The position numbers and the translations under genes were made by a program. The notes below the pieces were generated by a model, which worked only from the letters and a program-made list of their open reading frames with translations, ran no database searches and was not told the origin of the DNA. This document shows, one piece after another, positions 62,258 to 64,000 of a stretch of 64,000 nucleotides of DNA. Within the stretch, counting starts at the first letter, position 1, and the number at the start of each line of letters is the position of its first letter. The stretch is from Octopus vulgaris (lineage: Eukaryota): positions 20,150,001 to 20,214,000 of the forward strand of contig OX597829.1 of assembly GCA_951406725.2 (NCBI GenBank). Direction: 5' to 3'.

Positions 62258-63300
62258 CCTGTAGTATAGCCCGGCGTTGCTCGGATTTGTTTTTTAGTTG
62301 CACTTAAAATGGCAGACTTTGATGTTGCGTTAACAAAGTTTTGACATAGTTTCAATCTATGAATAAAAGTATAGTGTGACGATGCTCAAGTTTGCTCTGA
62401 ATGTGCTGCAAATGTGTTATGCCGACTTCAATTGTTAGTATTGTTAGTTAATATTCCTTCTATTTGCATTATGGAGAAAAAAATTTAAAGCAAAATGAAG
62501 CTCAAGTTTTGAACTGCACTGAAAATCTATTAAGAAGTTAACACTGCAACAGTATTCATTAAGAAAAAATATAGGAAAATCCAAAATGTTAGTAAGAATA
62601 GTTTGTGGTTACAAAAAAAAGCAAAAAATGTTATTTTGAAGCCAAACGTGTGGGTAACATGAATTGAGGTTGTACCTGTAAAATGAATAAAATCAACTAT
62701 TTTACATCACGTATAACTAAAAAAATCTGTAAAACAAAACATACCCATTGAAGGTTTGACTTCAACATCGTAGATAGTAACAGCATGCAGATTGCACAAC
62801 TGCTACGACTGCCATACCCACAAATAAGAATCACTTAAACTGAGAAATGTTTTGTCTTATGCTAATGCAATTAGTTTTTCTCACAAAAAATCAATTGAAA
62901 TTGCTGAATTTTACTCAACGCTGTAGCAGTTGACGACCTTGAAAATTAGTGCATTCACGCAGCGAACATTACTCCTCTGCATTGGATCAGCTGATCCGTC
63001 ATTCGCTCAAAATCAATGACATCACAAAAAAATTCTTTTCGACCCTTTAGAATTGGAATTTTTGAAAAGTAAATATTTTGCATCATGTAGCTTGTTATTC
63101 TCTTTAAGCGAACATTTTTCTGGTTGAAATACACCAAAAAATGGCTACACAGCAGTCAAAAAATCGTAAAAAATAGGGATTTTCATAGAAAAAAAGCACG
63201 TTTTTGATATAAATAATTTTTGGTCTTAACAAGGTCCGATTTGAATTTTTTCTTCTATGGAATGAAGAGCAAGCCTTCTTCTATCATACTCTCAATTTAG
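62258..63300 (+). mobile_element. Helitron/Helentron-like non-autonomous element
   Basis: Starts after a TA tract with gtagtatagcccggcgttgctcgg, a short hairpin resembling HINE/DINE-1-type 5' ends. Non-coding body. Family recognition is from memory only. Confidence 0.45.
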
Positions 63301-64000
63301 AGATAGCAGCATATTTGTCTGTTAATTACATTTGTAACTGTTAAAATATTAAAATATAGAAACTGATATTGAATTTTAATTAAGATAACAAGAGTCCTGA
63401 CGATTGGGGTTGCATTTAAGAAATGTTCCTGTAAAAGACTGCATGTATAAGGAACGTTAAACGCACCTCATGAAACACGTGTAGCAGAGAAACTTAGAAA
63501 TGATTAGTAAGTATTAAAATAAAATTCTATTATATAGTGTGATGTATTTTAGGATTTGGTGAATTGCATGGGGACTGCTATCTCTAAATAACGTATTTCC
63601 TTATCGAGAATAATTAATTTTATTTGAATCCCTGTGATGCCGGAATTTTTATTCCTTCATAAATAAAATAATCTCTCTCTCTCTCTATATATATATATAC
63701 ATATGGGGCACCACCTTTAGTTGACCAAATTGACCCCAGGACTTATTCTTTGTAAGCCTTGTACTTGCATATATATATACACACAATGGGGCTTTTTTCA
63801 GTGCCATCCAGTGGGACTGAACCCAGAACCATGTGGTTGGGAAGCAAGATTCTTGCCACCCAGCCACTCCTATGTGTATTTTTACATATGTATATATATA
63901 TATTTATATATTCATGTTTATATATAACTTTTGTGTGTGTGTGTATGTGCATACAGGTATGAATTTGCTATTAAAATAATTACTGTGAAACCCTCAAAGG

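Overview
AT-rich, repeat-dense animal genomic DNA. The SINE families, (TA)n/(CA)n tracts and LINE set resemble octopus/coleoid cephalopod DNA, which is an inference from recalled repeat families. One complete protein-coding gene is well supported: a + strand CAF1/POP2 (CNOT7/8-type) DEDD deadenylase. It has six coding exons (7638-7754, 10485-10678, 10833-10994, 13642-13819, 15142-15219, 16191-16373; 912 nt, 303 aa), a probable non-coding first exon near 5980-6106, a GC-AG last intron and a 3' UTR to about 17.9 kb. A possible first exon of a second gene lies near 54.7-54.8 kb. The rest is mobile DNA: CR1/L2-group and RTE LINE remnants (one young copy with a (TAAC)8 tail), tRNA-derived SINEs, mariner/Tc1 and hAT remnants, TTAA/piggyBac-type and other MITEs, a solo LTR with a 4-bp TSD, a Helitron-like element and microsatellites. 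The most notable unannotated signal is four minimal type-I hammerhead ribozyme motifs in Penelope-like non-autonomous repeats. One of them (31306-31348) carries the compensatory U3:A8 core variant and sits in the loop of a 136-bp inverted repeat. Most ORFs in the supplied track are microsatellite or antisense-TE artefacts. Repeat boundaries are approximate unless a TSD or TIR is quoted.
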